DNA of 64,000 bases from Patescibacteria group bacterium (GTDB taxonomy: Bacteria > Patescibacteriota > Patescibacteriia > Magasanikbacterales > GWA2-37-8). The notes beneath the pieces were generated by a model. It did no database searches. It was given only the letters and a program-made list of their open reading frames with translations, and was not told the DNA's origin. Position numbers and translations under genes: made by a program. The stretch spans positions 6,163 through 70,162 of the forward strand of contig JBAZKA010000002.1 of NCBI GenBank assembly GCA_041651015.1, in the 5' to 3' direction. This document shows, in pieces, positions 39,594 to 50,089 of the stretch (the first letter of the stretch is position 1; each line of letters begins with the position of its first letter).

Positions 39594-40138
39594 TGAATTT
39601 AAATTTGAATTTTTTGCCGCAAAAAAATCGCCGTGATATTATCACTGTCTCTTGGCTGGGTTTGGCTTTAAATGTAATTCGTTCTACTGTTTTCGCGCTT
39701 ATTATATTTGATGCATTTCTCGTTTTGCTTTGGTATGCGATTGATGAACAAAATGCCGTCCTCACCCGCCAATCAAACGAATCCGTCGGCAATAGTGCTT
39801 TCTACGGTCAAGAAATAGCTTATATCAACAAAAAAATCAGTGCCTTATCACAAGCCGGCAGCAGTTTTGGCATGCTCACACCCAGATTTTATACCATTAT
39901 TGATAATCTACCAGCCGACATTAAATTAAGGAATTTAAATGTCGGTCTTGACCAATCCGCTTCCATGATGCTCGCCGGCACGGCTAAAACGCGCGACTCC
40001 ATGATTGCTTACGCCGAAGAATTACAGAAAATCTCTTGGATTGAGTCTGTAGTTTTGCCAAAAAGTTTACTCTTGCAAAAAGAAAACATAGATTTTAATT
40101 TAGAGATTACATTAAAACCGATTTCTACCGATCTATGA
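39590..40138 (+). CDS. pilN: PilN-like protein
   Basis: LNFLP N-terminal motif, single TM, follows pilM. Confidence 0.7.
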   Translation: MMNLNLNFLPQKNRRDIITVSWLGLALNVIRSTVFALIIFDAFLVLLWYAIDEQNAVLTRQSNESVGNSAFYGQEIAYINKKISALSQAGSSFGMLTPRFYTIIDNLPADIKLRNLNVGLDQSASMMLAGTAKTRDSMIAYAEELQKISWIESVVLPKSLLLQKENIDFNLEITLKPISTDL

Positions 40139-40680
40139 AAATGTCACCATTAAAATCAATTATTGTCTTTACGGTAATACTCGCGACGGTCGTTGTCGCA
40201 CTGATAGTCGGCGCCTTTATTGTTCAAAATAAAATTGTCGCCGGCAGTATGGCGGTAAACGAACAAATTGAACGGTTAAATAAAAAACGTCTTACCGCGG
40301 AAAATTTGCGCAGTAATTTAGCATTGGCGAAAGACGTCAAAACGCAGATTGCCAATTATGACAGCTTGCTTTTGCCTCAAAGCGCCGAATTGGAACTAAT
40401 CACCGATTTGGAAAATATCGCCGCAAAAAATAAAGTAAATCAAAGAATCGACGCTTCAAATCTTGATAATTACACAAACGGAAAAATAGAAATCACCCTA
40501 AATGTCTCCGGCACTTATACTGATGTTCTAAAATACATTTCCAGTTTGGAACAATACAAATATTTAATCACCATTGAACGCATAGATTTCTCTCCCGGCG
40601 CCTCCAACCCGACTGACGGCAACTCTCAACCGCGCGCGTCTTCGCAGATAAAAATTTCCTTATATGCAAATCCTGAATAA
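40135..40680 (+). CDS. pilO: PilO-like protein
   Basis: TM, coiled coil and GTY...YISSLE motif. Confidence 0.7.
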   Translation: MKMSPLKSIIVFTVILATVVVALIVGAFIVQNKIVAGSMAVNEQIERLNKKRLTAENLRSNLALAKDVKTQIANYDSLLLPQSAELELITDLENIAAKNKVNQRIDASNLDNYTNGKIEITLNVSGTYTDVLKYISSLEQYKYLITIERIDFSPGASNPTDGNSQPRASSQIKISLYANPE

Positions 40681-41068
40681 ATCAGCCAACCTAACGCGCC
40701 CGGCGCACACTTCGGCGCAAAGCCGAAAAAATTATTCTATCTGGTTGAGTGTACAATTCTCTTTAATTTTTATTATTGCCGTTGCACTGACTATTGAGGG
40801 TTTTCTTGTTTACCGAAATACGTTAAAACTTTTGAACAGTTCCAATCAGTACATGATGGACAAAGCCGGTATTGAAGCCTCCACTGAAATAAACCAAAAC
40901 GGATTAAAACAAACCGAACTGATCATGGACAAAAAACAAAAACCACCGACTCCTCCGGAAAAACTCAGGAATATTTTTCAATTTGACTCTTACGCAATTA
41001 TATATACCGGCGGTATTGTTGCCCCCGCCACCTCATCAACTACGGCCACAACTTCAATCTCGGAATAA
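40664..41068 (+). CDS. hypothetical single-TM protein of the pil operon
   Basis: Overlaps the pilO end; RNIF motif. Confidence 0.6.
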   Translation: MQILNKSANLTRPAHTSAQSRKNYSIWLSVQFSLIFIIAVALTIEGFLVYRNTLKLLNSSNQYMMDKAGIEASTEINQNGLKQTELIMDKKQKPPTPPEKLRNIFQFDSYAIIYTGGIVAPATSSTTATTSISE

Positions 41069-41074
41069 TATATT

Positions 41075-42280
41075 ATGGACGAACCGGCCATTAACTCACA
41101 CTGCTTTACCTTGGGAAATTTTCCTGAACTATCTTCGGCTGAAATTGTTTCTCTGCTAAAACTCACGGCGAATGATTATAATTATTCGCCTCCTTTTTTA
41201 TTTGTGGACAAAAAAATTGATGATCCCGCCGCGCTTGCCGTTGCTCTTGGCGGCACTATCAAAATCGGCCGGGTAATCGGCCGTTGCCAAAACGAAGACG
41301 AGCTGGTGGAAATTATTTCCGATGAATTGTCGGAAATACAAACAAAAAAAATATTCGGTTTGAGCTATTATTCAGACGAGGAAAACGATGAGCGAGTTGA
41401 TTTCGTGGAACAACTGGGCAAGGCCGTAAAAAAACATTTAACCGAAACAGGCGCCGGCGCGCGCTACGTATATAATCGCGAGGCTGTTTTATCTTCAGTT
41501 ACGGTTACAAAAAATAATTTGACCAAAAAAGGCCGCGAGTTTATCATCATCAACAATAAAAATAATTATCTGGTAGTACTGACTCTGGCTGTCCAGCCGT
41601 TTGAGGACTGGGGCGCACGGGATTTTGGCCGTCCCGGACGCGACGATTTGAGCGGGATGTTGCCGCCAAAATTGGCGCGTATGATGTTAAATCTGGCCGG
41701 CTTATCACCCGAAAAGACAATTTTGGACCCCTTTTGCGGCTCCGGCACCATACTGTCCGAGGCCCTGGCCTGCGGATACCGCCATCTCATTGGCGCGGAC
41801 ATTTCCGAACGAGCCGTTAACGATACGGCCAAAAATATTGAATGGCTGCAAAATTGCAAACCGGAACTACACGCGGAAATACAAATTTTCGCCGCCGACG
41901 CCGCTGAAATAAACAAAAAAATTCCGTCAAAATCAGTGGATGGAATTATCGCTGAACCTTATTTGGGCAAACCGCTGAGAGGACACGAACCAAAAGAAAT
42001 TTTAAATCAGCAGGCGGATGAATTGAAACAAATATATTTACGCGCCTTTGCCGAGTTTAAAAAAATATTAAAACCTAACGGTAAAATTATATTTATTATC
42101 CCGCGTTTTCGCACCGGAGATGAATGGGTAAAAATTAACTGTCTCAAAGAAATTGAGGCAATGGGTTTTACAGCCGAACCACTCTTTTCTTTTAAAGACA
42201 AAAAACTTTTCTCTCTTCTATATTGGAGAAACAATCAACATGTTGGCCGTGAAATTTGGAAATTTACTTTACAACCGTAG
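41075..42280 (+). CDS. Trm11-like SAM-dependent RNA methyltransferase
   Basis: GMLPPKLARMMLN, LDPFCGSGT and EPYLG. Confidence 0.8.
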   Translation: MDEPAINSHCFTLGNFPELSSAEIVSLLKLTANDYNYSPPFLFVDKKIDDPAALAVALGGTIKIGRVIGRCQNEDELVEIISDELSEIQTKKIFGLSYYSDEENDERVDFVEQLGKAVKKHLTETGAGARYVYNREAVLSSVTVTKNNLTKKGREFIIINNKNNYLVVLTLAVQPFEDWGARDFGRPGRDDLSGMLPPKLARMMLNLAGLSPEKTILDPFCGSGTILSEALACGYRHLIGADISERAVNDTAKNIEWLQNCKPELHAEIQIFAADAAEINKKIPSKSVDGIIAEPYLGKPLRGHEPKEILNQQADELKQIYLRAFAEFKKILKPNGKIIFIIPRFRTGDEWVKINCLKEIEAMGFTAEPLFSFKDKKLFSLLYWRNNQHVGREIWKFTLQP

Positions 42281-43391
42281 CGGCCGTAGCTGAAGAAGAC
42301 GATGATAACGTCGTTAGTGTCCGAGCGGATACTGTGGTTAGAGGCTTCACTGTGATGGTGGAAGTCGCTATGTTGGTTGTACCGGTTGACGAAGCAGTTG
42401 TAGCATGGGTCGCGGAAGAACTTGTATCGGTTGACGCGCCAGATGCGTCAACCGCGTTAGTCGCGGATACAGTCGTAGTTGCGGCCGTATCTTGAGTAGT
42501 GGTTACAGTATTAGTATTCTGGGAACTATTTTTTTCTTCATTAATAGTTTCAACGTATAATTCTTGCGATTGCACTTCGGTTAAGCCCAGAGACTCGGCT
42601 GATTTCAGCTGATTAGTAATCTTCAAATCTGCTTCAATCGCGCGTATAATCCACGCTTGTTCAAGTAATTTCTTCGGAGATACCCTGACCCAATCCGCGA
42701 GCTTCGCGGTTTTTTTGGTTAAAGCTTCAATATCGGCCGCGGCCACAACTACATATTTACCTTCGCCGACAACGGCTTCTTGCCCGATAATCGCTTCACC
42801 GGTGGCCGGATTTAAAGCGCGAACCGTCACCTGATGTTCCGAACCAATGATGGTTGTAGCATCTTTCGCAAAACTAACACCAAACGCGGTACCGCGGACG
42901 GCAGCCACGGCATTTGATGTCTGTACTTCCCAAAACGATTCGGGTGTGGCCAACTTTATTATTTTTGACCACATATTCCCCGCCGCTAATTTGAGCCTAA
43001 CGCTTAAAGTTTTATTTGTTTCGTTATACGAGCCAACGGAAATTACAACGCGCGTGTTTGAATCCAATCGTGCCACCGAACCGTCCGGAAAAACAATGTT
43101 GGCCAAACCAGTTTCATTGGTTTCAACTTGAGCTCCCTCGTTTAATTCATCACCGGTCAGTAAAGTTGTGCTTGGCGTATTGGTCGCGGTTAAATAAACT
43201 CCACCGGCAATAACTTGGATCCACGGTTTGCTAATTTGCGGTTCTTCAACTGTCGGCGTGGTCGTGACGGTTTCAGTCATTTGAACAGGCTGGGGCTGTT
43301 CAACAACTTTTTTGTTGCCACAACCTGTAAGCAGCATGGCGCCGGCGACAAACATCACAAATGCAATAATAACTCCAATGGTGCGTTTCAT
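42264..43391 (-). CDS. FecR-domain lipoprotein with Thr/Ser-rich tail
   Basis: LTGC lipobox, F.DGS..RL..NT and T.NAVAAVRGT.F. Confidence 0.8.
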   Translation of the reverse strand: MKRTIGVIIAFVMFVAGAMLLTGCGNKKVVEQPQPVQMTETVTTTPTVEEPQISKPWIQVIAGGVYLTATNTPSTTLLTGDELNEGAQVETNETGLANIVFPDGSVARLDSNTRVVISVGSYNETNKTLSVRLKLAAGNMWSKIIKLATPESFWEVQTSNAVAAVRGTAFGVSFAKDATTIIGSEHQVTVRALNPATGEAIIGQEAVVGEGKYVVVAAADIEALTKKTAKLADWVRVSPKKLLEQAWIIRAIEADLKITNQLKSAESLGLTEVQSQELYVETINEEKNSSQNTNTVTTTQDTAATTTVSATNAVDASGASTDTSSSATHATTASSTGTTNIATSTITVKPLTTVSARTLTTLSSSSSATAATVVK

Positions 43392-43411
43392 AAAAAAATT
43401 GATTATTATAA

Positions 43412-44488
43412 TTACGCGTTAATGTGAAAATATATTACATCCCCGTCTTTAACAATATAATCTTTCCCTTCCAAACGCATCTTACCGGTTTCTTTTATTT
43501 TACTCCACCCGCCAAATTTTACAAAATCCTGCCAGTCAACCACATCGGCCTTAATAAATCCTTTTATAAAATCCGTATGAATCACTCCGGCCGCCTCGGG
43601 CGCTTTGGCTCCAATACGCACAGTCCAAGCGCGGGTTTCAGGCTCGCCACTGGTCAAAAATGTGGCTAAATTTAGCAGTTTATAGCTAGCTTTAATCAGT
43701 CTATCCAAACCTGTCTCAGCCAAGCCCACACTTATTAAGTATTCAGCGGCTTCTTCCGGGCTTAAATCCGCCAATTCAGCCTCCATCTTTGCGCAGATGG
43801 AAATTTGTCCGGTTAACTCATTGGTTAATTTAATTGCATCATCCTTGGCAATTTCATCAGTGTTCAAGACATAAAGCATGGGTTTCATTGTCAGCAGACA
43901 CAATTCCTTCATCTCAACTTTTTCTTCATCCGAATAATCCAACTCGCGCGCCGAGCCGCCGTTTTCCAGATGTTTATAAACTCGTTCCAATAACTCAATG
44001 GATTTTTGAAAATCCTTGGCTGCCGCGCCTTTGGCATTTTTCTTGGTTGTGTCTAAACGCTTGCCCACGGTTTGTAAATCCGCCAGTGCGAGCTCCATAT
44101 TAATTACCTCGGCGTCATCAATCGGACTGATTTTATTGTTCACGTGAATCACGTTGGGGTCGGAAAACCCGCGCACCACTTGCGCAATAGCGTCCACCTC
44201 GCGGATGTGCGATAAAAATTTATTGCCCAAACCCTCACCCTTGGATGCGCCTGCCACCAAACCGGCAATGTCCACAAATTCAATCACGGTCGGGACAATT
44301 TTTTGCGATTTTGATATCTCGGCTAATTTAGCCAAACGTTCATCGGGAACTTCAACCACACCGACGTTAGGGTCAATGGTACAAAAAGGGTAATTTTGAG
44401 CGTTGGCTTGTTTACTGCGGGTCAAAGCGTTAAACAATGTTGATTTTCCCACATTGGGCAGACCGACAATTCCAACAGAAAGGGACAT
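43412..44488 (-). CDS. ychF: redox-regulated ATPase YchF
   Basis: GIVGLPNVGKSTLFN, NYPFCTIDPN and GEGLGNKFL. Confidence 0.97.
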   Translation of the reverse strand: MSLSVGIVGLPNVGKSTLFNALTRSKQANAQNYPFCTIDPNVGVVEVPDERLAKLAEISKSQKIVPTVIEFVDIAGLVAGASKGEGLGNKFLSHIREVDAIAQVVRGFSDPNVIHVNNKISPIDDAEVINMELALADLQTVGKRLDTTKKNAKGAAAKDFQKSIELLERVYKHLENGGSARELDYSDEEKVEMKELCLLTMKPMLYVLNTDEIAKDDAIKLTNELTGQISICAKMEAELADLSPEEAAEYLISVGLAETGLDRLIKASYKLLNLATFLTSGEPETRAWTVRIGAKAPEAAGVIHTDFIKGFIKADVVDWQDFVKFGGWSKIKETGKMRLEGKDYIVKDGDVIYFHINA

Positions 44489-44593
44489 AGGTGATTTATT
44501 ATATAATAGTGGTGATATTATCGCTTAAAATACTAAATAATGCAAGATGTTTCTTGACAATTTATATATCTAATGTATAATATTGTGCATTAT

Positions 44594-44670
44594 GGGCCTT
44601 TAGCTCAGCTGGCTAGAGCGCTTCCATGGCATGGAAGAGGTCAAGGGTTCAAATCCCTTAAGGTCCACCA
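44594..44670 (+). tRNA. tRNA-Ala(GGC)
   Basis: Cloverleaf, G3:U70 pair, anticodon GGC, encoded CCA; TTGACA-16-TATAAT upstream and terminator downstream. Confidence 0.95.
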
Positions 44671-44708
44671 AAAAAATCAGCCCGCTTGTTCGGACTGATT
44701 TTTTTACA

Positions 44709-47603
44709 TCATAATTCAATTTTTGGCTCTACTGACTTGTCTGCAGAAGCCGGCGGTTTTGTCTCTAACACCGGAGGCACACTGGGCGCTGGAGGCTCAA
44801 CCTTGCCCGCGAACATTGGCACATCAATCTTTACCACTTCGTTTTTCTCTTTAATCTTAATATCCGGACTGGTGGCTTTTTCATAGCCCGCCTTTTCAAA
44901 GGTCACATAATAATCGTTCGGACCAACCATAAAGGAATATCGTCCTTTGCCATCCGTGATTTCCGTGGCAATAAGTTTGTTGAACTGTTTACTAAAGAGA
45001 CGAGCCACTACGTGATTAATCGGTTTCTTGTCTGACTTGTCATAAACAATACCCCAGTTCTTAGGCTTTTTTGGTATGGCCAAGCGTCGGAACATAATAT
45101 AAAGCAAAACTTGGAAAACCAGGAATCCAATCGTCCAGGCATTTGGTAAGATAATAACTGCAAGCAAACCGGCGGCAATGGAAAGCGAGGCAATAAACTT
45201 TTGCGCCTCGCGCAACCACTTATCAATAATAATACGACGCGGGGTTTTATCTTTGACGCCAATCGGATCAAGCGGAATATTGGCTGTGATGGTGGCATAT
45301 TTATCATCAACATGTAATGGTTCGCCGTGATACAGATCCAGATAACCGGTATCTTCTTTTAAGTCTTGCAAAATTTTTGTTGGGAAAGTAAAACCGTCTT
45401 TGGTCACCTCAATCCTATATAATCCGGGATCAATAAAGAATGAGTATCGTCCCTCGCCGTCAGTGACGCGAGATTGAACAATGCGTCCGGTCTTCGCATC
45501 CAGCAAGCGAACCACGGCCAGATCAACGGGAATTTTTGTGAGCGAATTGTATACCACGCCCCATTTTTTGCGTCGTCTATAGCCAAGCAAGAATATCGGT
45601 TGGAAGAATATATAGCGTAAATACGCGATGATATTTGAAAGTACAGCCGGAATTGTGGCAATGGCGGCTGCAGCCAAGGCAATAGGCGCCACCTGATTCT
45701 CAGCCGCTTTTTCCACCACCGGGTCATTGCGGCTTTCAATTATTTTTGACGTTTGCTCGCCGACCACATCGGCCACATAAGCGGCCTTTTCCGAGACCGG
45801 CACTGTTGTATCCAATAAGTCCATGGCCGCGACCAAATTTATTGAACGATTGATAATATGGTCTGTCACCTGAAAACCACTTGTCTGTATTCGACGATAA
45901 CCATTGGCTTCAGCAATTAGGCGATAAGATCCGTTAGGCACCGTGAAGCCCCAAGTGCCATATTCATCAGAATTAGCATTGGCCACTGTCACGTAATTAT
46001 TTCCGGAAAGTTGTTGTAATTGAATATACGCGCCGATAAGCGACGAGGTTCCACCATCAGCATCTTTGCCAATGACTTTACCACGGCTCGCGACCGAAAC
46101 GCTAAACGGTACCACAGCTTGTTCGTCTGTGCCATATTGCACAGTCAGCGCCGCATGTGTCGTACCAACGGCGGATAAACCGGGCACGTCCACCGCGTAC
46201 ATTCTCAAACCATTGTCATAATATAAGCGATATGATTTTTCTCCGATGAGCAATTCCACGGACGAAACTTGTTCTTTTATCCCGCTAATATCGGCCGCAA
46301 CAGTAAAGGGCGAGGCAGCTAACACATGTACGGTACGTGAGGAATCTGGCGTTGTCTCCACAGTTCTATTGGCTAAATAAAATTTCAAATTGGAAGCCGT
46401 GAAATATTGATCAACCACTTCCTCAATGACACCCGTCACTTCGGTGGAAGTGGTAATGGTCGGACAAATAAAATCCCCAAAGACGAATTCATTATTGTCA
46501 TTCTCGCTGACACAACCCGTGTCGGCCATATCAATCAAACCGTCACTGTCATTATCAGCACCATCACTACACTGTGGCGTAGTACTGGCTGTGGTCGGAC
46601 ATTCGGCCGAAGTACCACCACCGGCTACTGGCGTGCCGGTCGCGCAAACAAAATCACCAGACAAAAGTTCATTATTATCGGTGACGTCGCTGCAACCGGT
46701 ATCGCTCGGAAAATCAATCTCACCATCGCCATCATTGTCCATACCATCATTGCACTGAGCTGTAATAGCGCTGGCTGAACAACCGAGTGCGGCGCAAGTC
46801 AAATCATTAAACTCATAAGTGCGCGTCATGCTGTTGCCGGCTTTGTCTGATACATTTACCGTCACTTCAACTTTTAGTTCCGGAGTTAAATTATTTACCG
46901 GATCAATAATAATTGAATACCACTTATCATCCGTACCATGGGCGGTCTGGGAAATATTGGCATCCAGCGTAATTCCATTTTGAACTACTGTCGAGCTGAA
47001 CGTGCTCATATTTAAACCCGAACCATCATCGCGCAAATCAAATATAATATTCTGTCCGACCGGATGATTTGGTTTGCCCGCGACCGGATTTAAATTGGAC
47101 ATATACGGCGGCGCCGTCTCACAATACCCATCAATCACGGTAAACGACGCTGACCCAACATCGGTCAAAATATTTACACTGGTCGGATAATCGGCAATTT
47201 TACTGGTGACATCATCAGTTGTATTTAAAATTCCCAAATTTAACGAGCCGTTCGCGCTGGGCGTAATAGAAATCGTAGCAAAATCCAAACCACCGCCTGT
47301 CACATTACCGCTATATCCATATAAACCCAAGTAGCCTGATGGCGTACCGGGCGGTGTGCCATAGGCGGAAAATGATCCGGCCCCGCTAATTCCATAAGCC
47401 CCGGTTCCCGTATGACTCACATAAATCTGCGCGCCGTTTGACGTAGCGCTACCGGTATCCATCTTAACATGGACAGTCGCCGCGCATCCTTTTATCAAAG
47501 TGCCGGAACTGGGTTCAAAATAAAAACCGGCGGCCAGCGCATTGGTATGAAGCAGACAAAATCCAAACGCGGTAAATAATATAAATAGCAGGAATTTTTT
47601 CAT
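44709..47603 (-). CDS. large surface/membrane protein: cohesin-like N-terminus, two QCxDGxDNDxDGxxD repeats, carboxypeptidase-regulatory-like beta domains
   Basis: Signal peptide, repeated Ca-binding-like motifs, TD..GRY.F domains, TM segments. Confidence 0.75.
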   Translation of the reverse strand: MKKFLLFILFTAFGFCLLHTNALAAGFYFEPSSGTLIKGCAATVHVKMDTGSATSNGAQIYVSHTGTGAYGISGAGSFSAYGTPPGTPSGYLGLYGYSGNVTGGGLDFATISITPSANGSLNLGILNTTDDVTSKIADYPTSVNILTDVGSASFTVIDGYCETAPPYMSNLNPVAGKPNHPVGQNIIFDLRDDGSGLNMSTFSSTVVQNGITLDANISQTAHGTDDKWYSIIIDPVNNLTPELKVEVTVNVSDKAGNSMTRTYEFNDLTCAALGCSASAITAQCNDGMDNDGDGEIDFPSDTGCSDVTDNNELLSGDFVCATGTPVAGGGTSAECPTTASTTPQCSDGADNDSDGLIDMADTGCVSENDNNEFVFGDFICPTITTSTEVTGVIEEVVDQYFTASNLKFYLANRTVETTPDSSRTVHVLAASPFTVAADISGIKEQVSSVELLIGEKSYRLYYDNGLRMYAVDVPGLSAVGTTHAALTVQYGTDEQAVVPFSVSVASRGKVIGKDADGGTSSLIGAYIQLQQLSGNNYVTVANANSDEYGTWGFTVPNGSYRLIAEANGYRRIQTSGFQVTDHIINRSINLVAAMDLLDTTVPVSEKAAYVADVVGEQTSKIIESRNDPVVEKAAENQVAPIALAAAAIATIPAVLSNIIAYLRYIFFQPIFLLGYRRRKKWGVVYNSLTKIPVDLAVVRLLDAKTGRIVQSRVTDGEGRYSFFIDPGLYRIEVTKDGFTFPTKILQDLKEDTGYLDLYHGEPLHVDDKYATITANIPLDPIGVKDKTPRRIIIDKWLREAQKFIASLSIAAGLLAVIILPNAWTIGFLVFQVLLYIMFRRLAIPKKPKNWGIVYDKSDKKPINHVVARLFSKQFNKLIATEITDGKGRYSFMVGPNDYYVTFEKAGYEKATSPDIKIKEKNEVVKIDVPMFAGKVEPPAPSVPPVLETKPPASADKSVEPKIEL

Positions 47604-47608
47604 ATAAA

Positions 47609-48562
47609 TTATACGGCGTCGCCGCGCATGTTAAAGTTGGTCAACACAGCGCTGATGTCCAAGACATCAACCGCGCCGTCACGATTTAAATCAAAAATTT
47701 TTTGGCTGGAATTAAACTCTATGTCTTCTTTAGACACATCCAGAATATCCACAAAGTTATCTTTTAACCCAGTCCCCTGCACATCTCCGGTATAAAGATA
47801 AAATGTATTGGCTTGAGTAAAATCCAAAGTTGTATTTGAACCATTGACGATATTCACATTTATTATACGTTTAGCCAGATGCGCTTCGCCCTTCAGCATG
47901 GCGTCATAAGTCCCAACCGGAATTCCATTGCCGGAAATAGTGGTGGAACCGGTGGCGCCAAAAGATAAGTCCGTGGAATATGCCAACGCTTTGGTCGTGG
48001 AATCATACAGACGCAAAGTCGCGCCCATATCATAGTTCCCACCGGTCTTGGGCACGCGTTTTTCCGGTTTTGCCAATATTATTAAATTATTTTTGAACTC
48101 AGACGCGAGCGTGGAAAACATTCCGGTAGCCGTGCCGGGATTGCCATAAGTATCCAGACAGGAAATCAAAAAATAATAATCTGTGCCCATGAGTAAACCG
48201 GATAAATCAGCATAAAAAGACGAGCCCGAACCCGCTACTGTTGCCGAATGGCCATAAGCGGTTGACTCGCCATAATAAAAAGTACAATTCAAAATTGCAT
48301 TGTCATCCACCGCGGTCCACGAAACAGTGCTGGTCGTAAAATTAACAGTTGAAGACACGTTGGAAATAACCGGCGGGTTGGTATCAGTAGGACCGCCACC
48401 CGGAGGTTCTTCCGGTTCTTCTTCAGTACTGGATGTCACGCGCAAAGACACGTCAATATCTTGACTGGCAGAATATAATAAATCTTTGGCCCGCGCCACA
48501 AAACACCCCCCAATTAAGATTGCGGTGACTAATAATATTTTTATTTTAAATTTTAAACTCAT
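47609..48562 (-). CDS. secreted Fn3 + dockerin-like protein
   Basis: Signal peptide, Fn3-like YG.STAYG...LSGL..GT.YYF, paired DNFVDILD / DLNRDGAVDVLDIS motifs. Confidence 0.7.
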   Translation of the reverse strand: MSLKFKIKILLVTAILIGGCFVARAKDLLYSASQDIDVSLRVTSSTEEEPEEPPGGGPTDTNPPVISNVSSTVNFTTSTVSWTAVDDNAILNCTFYYGESTAYGHSATVAGSGSSFYADLSGLLMGTDYYFLISCLDTYGNPGTATGMFSTLASEFKNNLIILAKPEKRVPKTGGNYDMGATLRLYDSTTKALAYSTDLSFGATGSTTISGNGIPVGTYDAMLKGEAHLAKRIINVNIVNGSNTTLDFTQANTFYLYTGDVQGTGLKDNFVDILDVSKEDIEFNSSQKIFDLNRDGAVDVLDISAVLTNFNMRGDAV

Positions 48563-48563
48563 A

Positions 48564-49433
48564 CTACATTTTTTTCTTTTGGTTTTTTGCAACCCCTACT
48601 ATCGCGATAATTATGATAAGTATCAAAAAAATAGAGCATGGCGGAAAATACCAAACAGTTTTAGTCGCCACCGCTGTTTGACCGGTCAATCCGTATTTGA
48701 TTTTGTATTGAAATTCATATGGCCCGGGCAAATTAAAATTTTTCACTTTAATTTCACCGCCATATTTACGCGCCGCGCCCGGAAGGAGCATGGCTTCACT
48801 TATCACTTTTTGATCCACTACAATATGACCGAGCCAATTTCGCGCGCTTATATTCACGTCTACCGGTACTGACGCCGCGCCATTATTAAGGATGGAAAAT
48901 GTGAACGGCCATTTATTACCAACAATGGATCGCGGAACCGTTGTCTCCGTAATAATCAGCGACTCCTGCACCATGCCGGCGACCTGCAAAACCAAAACAG
49001 ATATAATTTGCCCGCCCACCCCAATACTTTTTTCAGATTTGAGCGATGTTTGCTCCGCAGTCAGACCCAGGTAGTAAGACCCGGCTTTAGCGTCATTTGG
49101 CACGTTTATTTCAAAGACCACTTCTTTGGCTTGGCCGGGCGCCAACTCCACATATTTGTCTTTCGCCACCACCCAGCTCTCGGCGATATTCATCCCTGAT
49201 CCATAAATGATTGCGCCATCAGCCGACTGTTTCGCCCCCAATACCTTCAAGGCGTATTTTCTCTTGGTATTACTTGAATTAACAATAGATACAATCGCCG
49301 TCTGATCGGCCGAACCGGGCGCTACGGAAATCTGCTGTTTGAGCGGCCCCACTTGAAAACCCGCCGAACACTCGGAAGTAAATAATACATTGATCAGCGC
49401 AGCGGCAAATATTGTTATTAATATTTTTTTCAC
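48564..49433 (-). CDS. DUF916-like secreted protein with C-terminal anchor
   Basis: Signal peptide, INVPNDAKAGSYY and NNG motif, C-terminal TM. Confidence 0.6.
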   Translation of the reverse strand: MKKILITIFAAALINVLFTSECSAGFQVGPLKQQISVAPGSADQTAIVSIVNSSNTKRKYALKVLGAKQSADGAIIYGSGMNIAESWVVAKDKYVELAPGQAKEVVFEINVPNDAKAGSYYLGLTAEQTSLKSEKSIGVGGQIISVLVLQVAGMVQESLIITETTVPRSIVGNKWPFTFSILNNGAASVPVDVNISARNWLGHIVVDQKVISEAMLLPGAARKYGGEIKVKNFNLPGPYEFQYKIKYGLTGQTAVATKTVWYFPPCSIFLILIIIIAIVGVAKNQKKKM

Positions 49434-49442
49434 ATTATAAAA

Positions 49443-50084
49443 CTAAATATTGGCCGCGGCGGCAAATGAAATTGATTGCGCGTAATCACCGACAGCAGTT
49501 GACGCGCTTTTTGATGCTTTAAAACCCAATTCAATATTACTCGCGTTAGTTTCTCCATCATAAGAAGCTATGATCGTTCCCGTAGCCACAGCCGTATCGC
49601 CAATTATTAAACTGTCCGAACCAAGGGCGGCATAACCATATTCTTCCTGACCGGCTGTCACCGCACCATCTGCTACGTCGGTGATAGACGACCCGGAGAC
49701 TCCGGTGACGGAAAGCGAATAACCGGTGGAACTGTCAGTCCCAATAGTAATTGTGGTTGAAGCAATATTTACACTTGAAGTGCTTAACGTACCAAGGTCT
49801 AATGATTCATCGCTAATATCAAACGACAAATAACCGCGTTCCATATATTGATAACCGGCGCGGATTTCATAAATACTTGAAGAAGAATAGCCTGATGACA
49901 ATTCGCCGGAAGTGTCCTGCAAAATAAACGACCCTGCCGCCTGATAACCACCGCCGTTTTGCACACTATCGGCATAAATCTGATAATTAGCCGACGACAT
50001 TTCCGAAGCAACCGGATGTGGCATTCCGATTAAAATCAAACCGATCGCAATAAACGCCACCATTGACTTCATACGTAAATTCAT
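49443..50084 (-). CDS. secreted beta-rich surface protein
   Basis: Signal peptide, MSSANYQI..DS and C-terminal GDYAQSISF. Confidence 0.65.
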   Translation of the reverse strand: MNLRMKSMVAFIAIGLILIGMPHPVASEMSSANYQIYADSVQNGGGYQAAGSFILQDTSGELSSGYSSSSIYEIRAGYQYMERGYLSFDISDESLDLGTLSTSSVNIASTTITIGTDSSTGYSLSVTGVSGSSITDVADGAVTAGQEEYGYAALGSDSLIIGDTAVATGTIIASYDGETNASNIELGFKASKSASTAVGDYAQSISFAAAANI

Positions 50085-50089
50085 TCTTA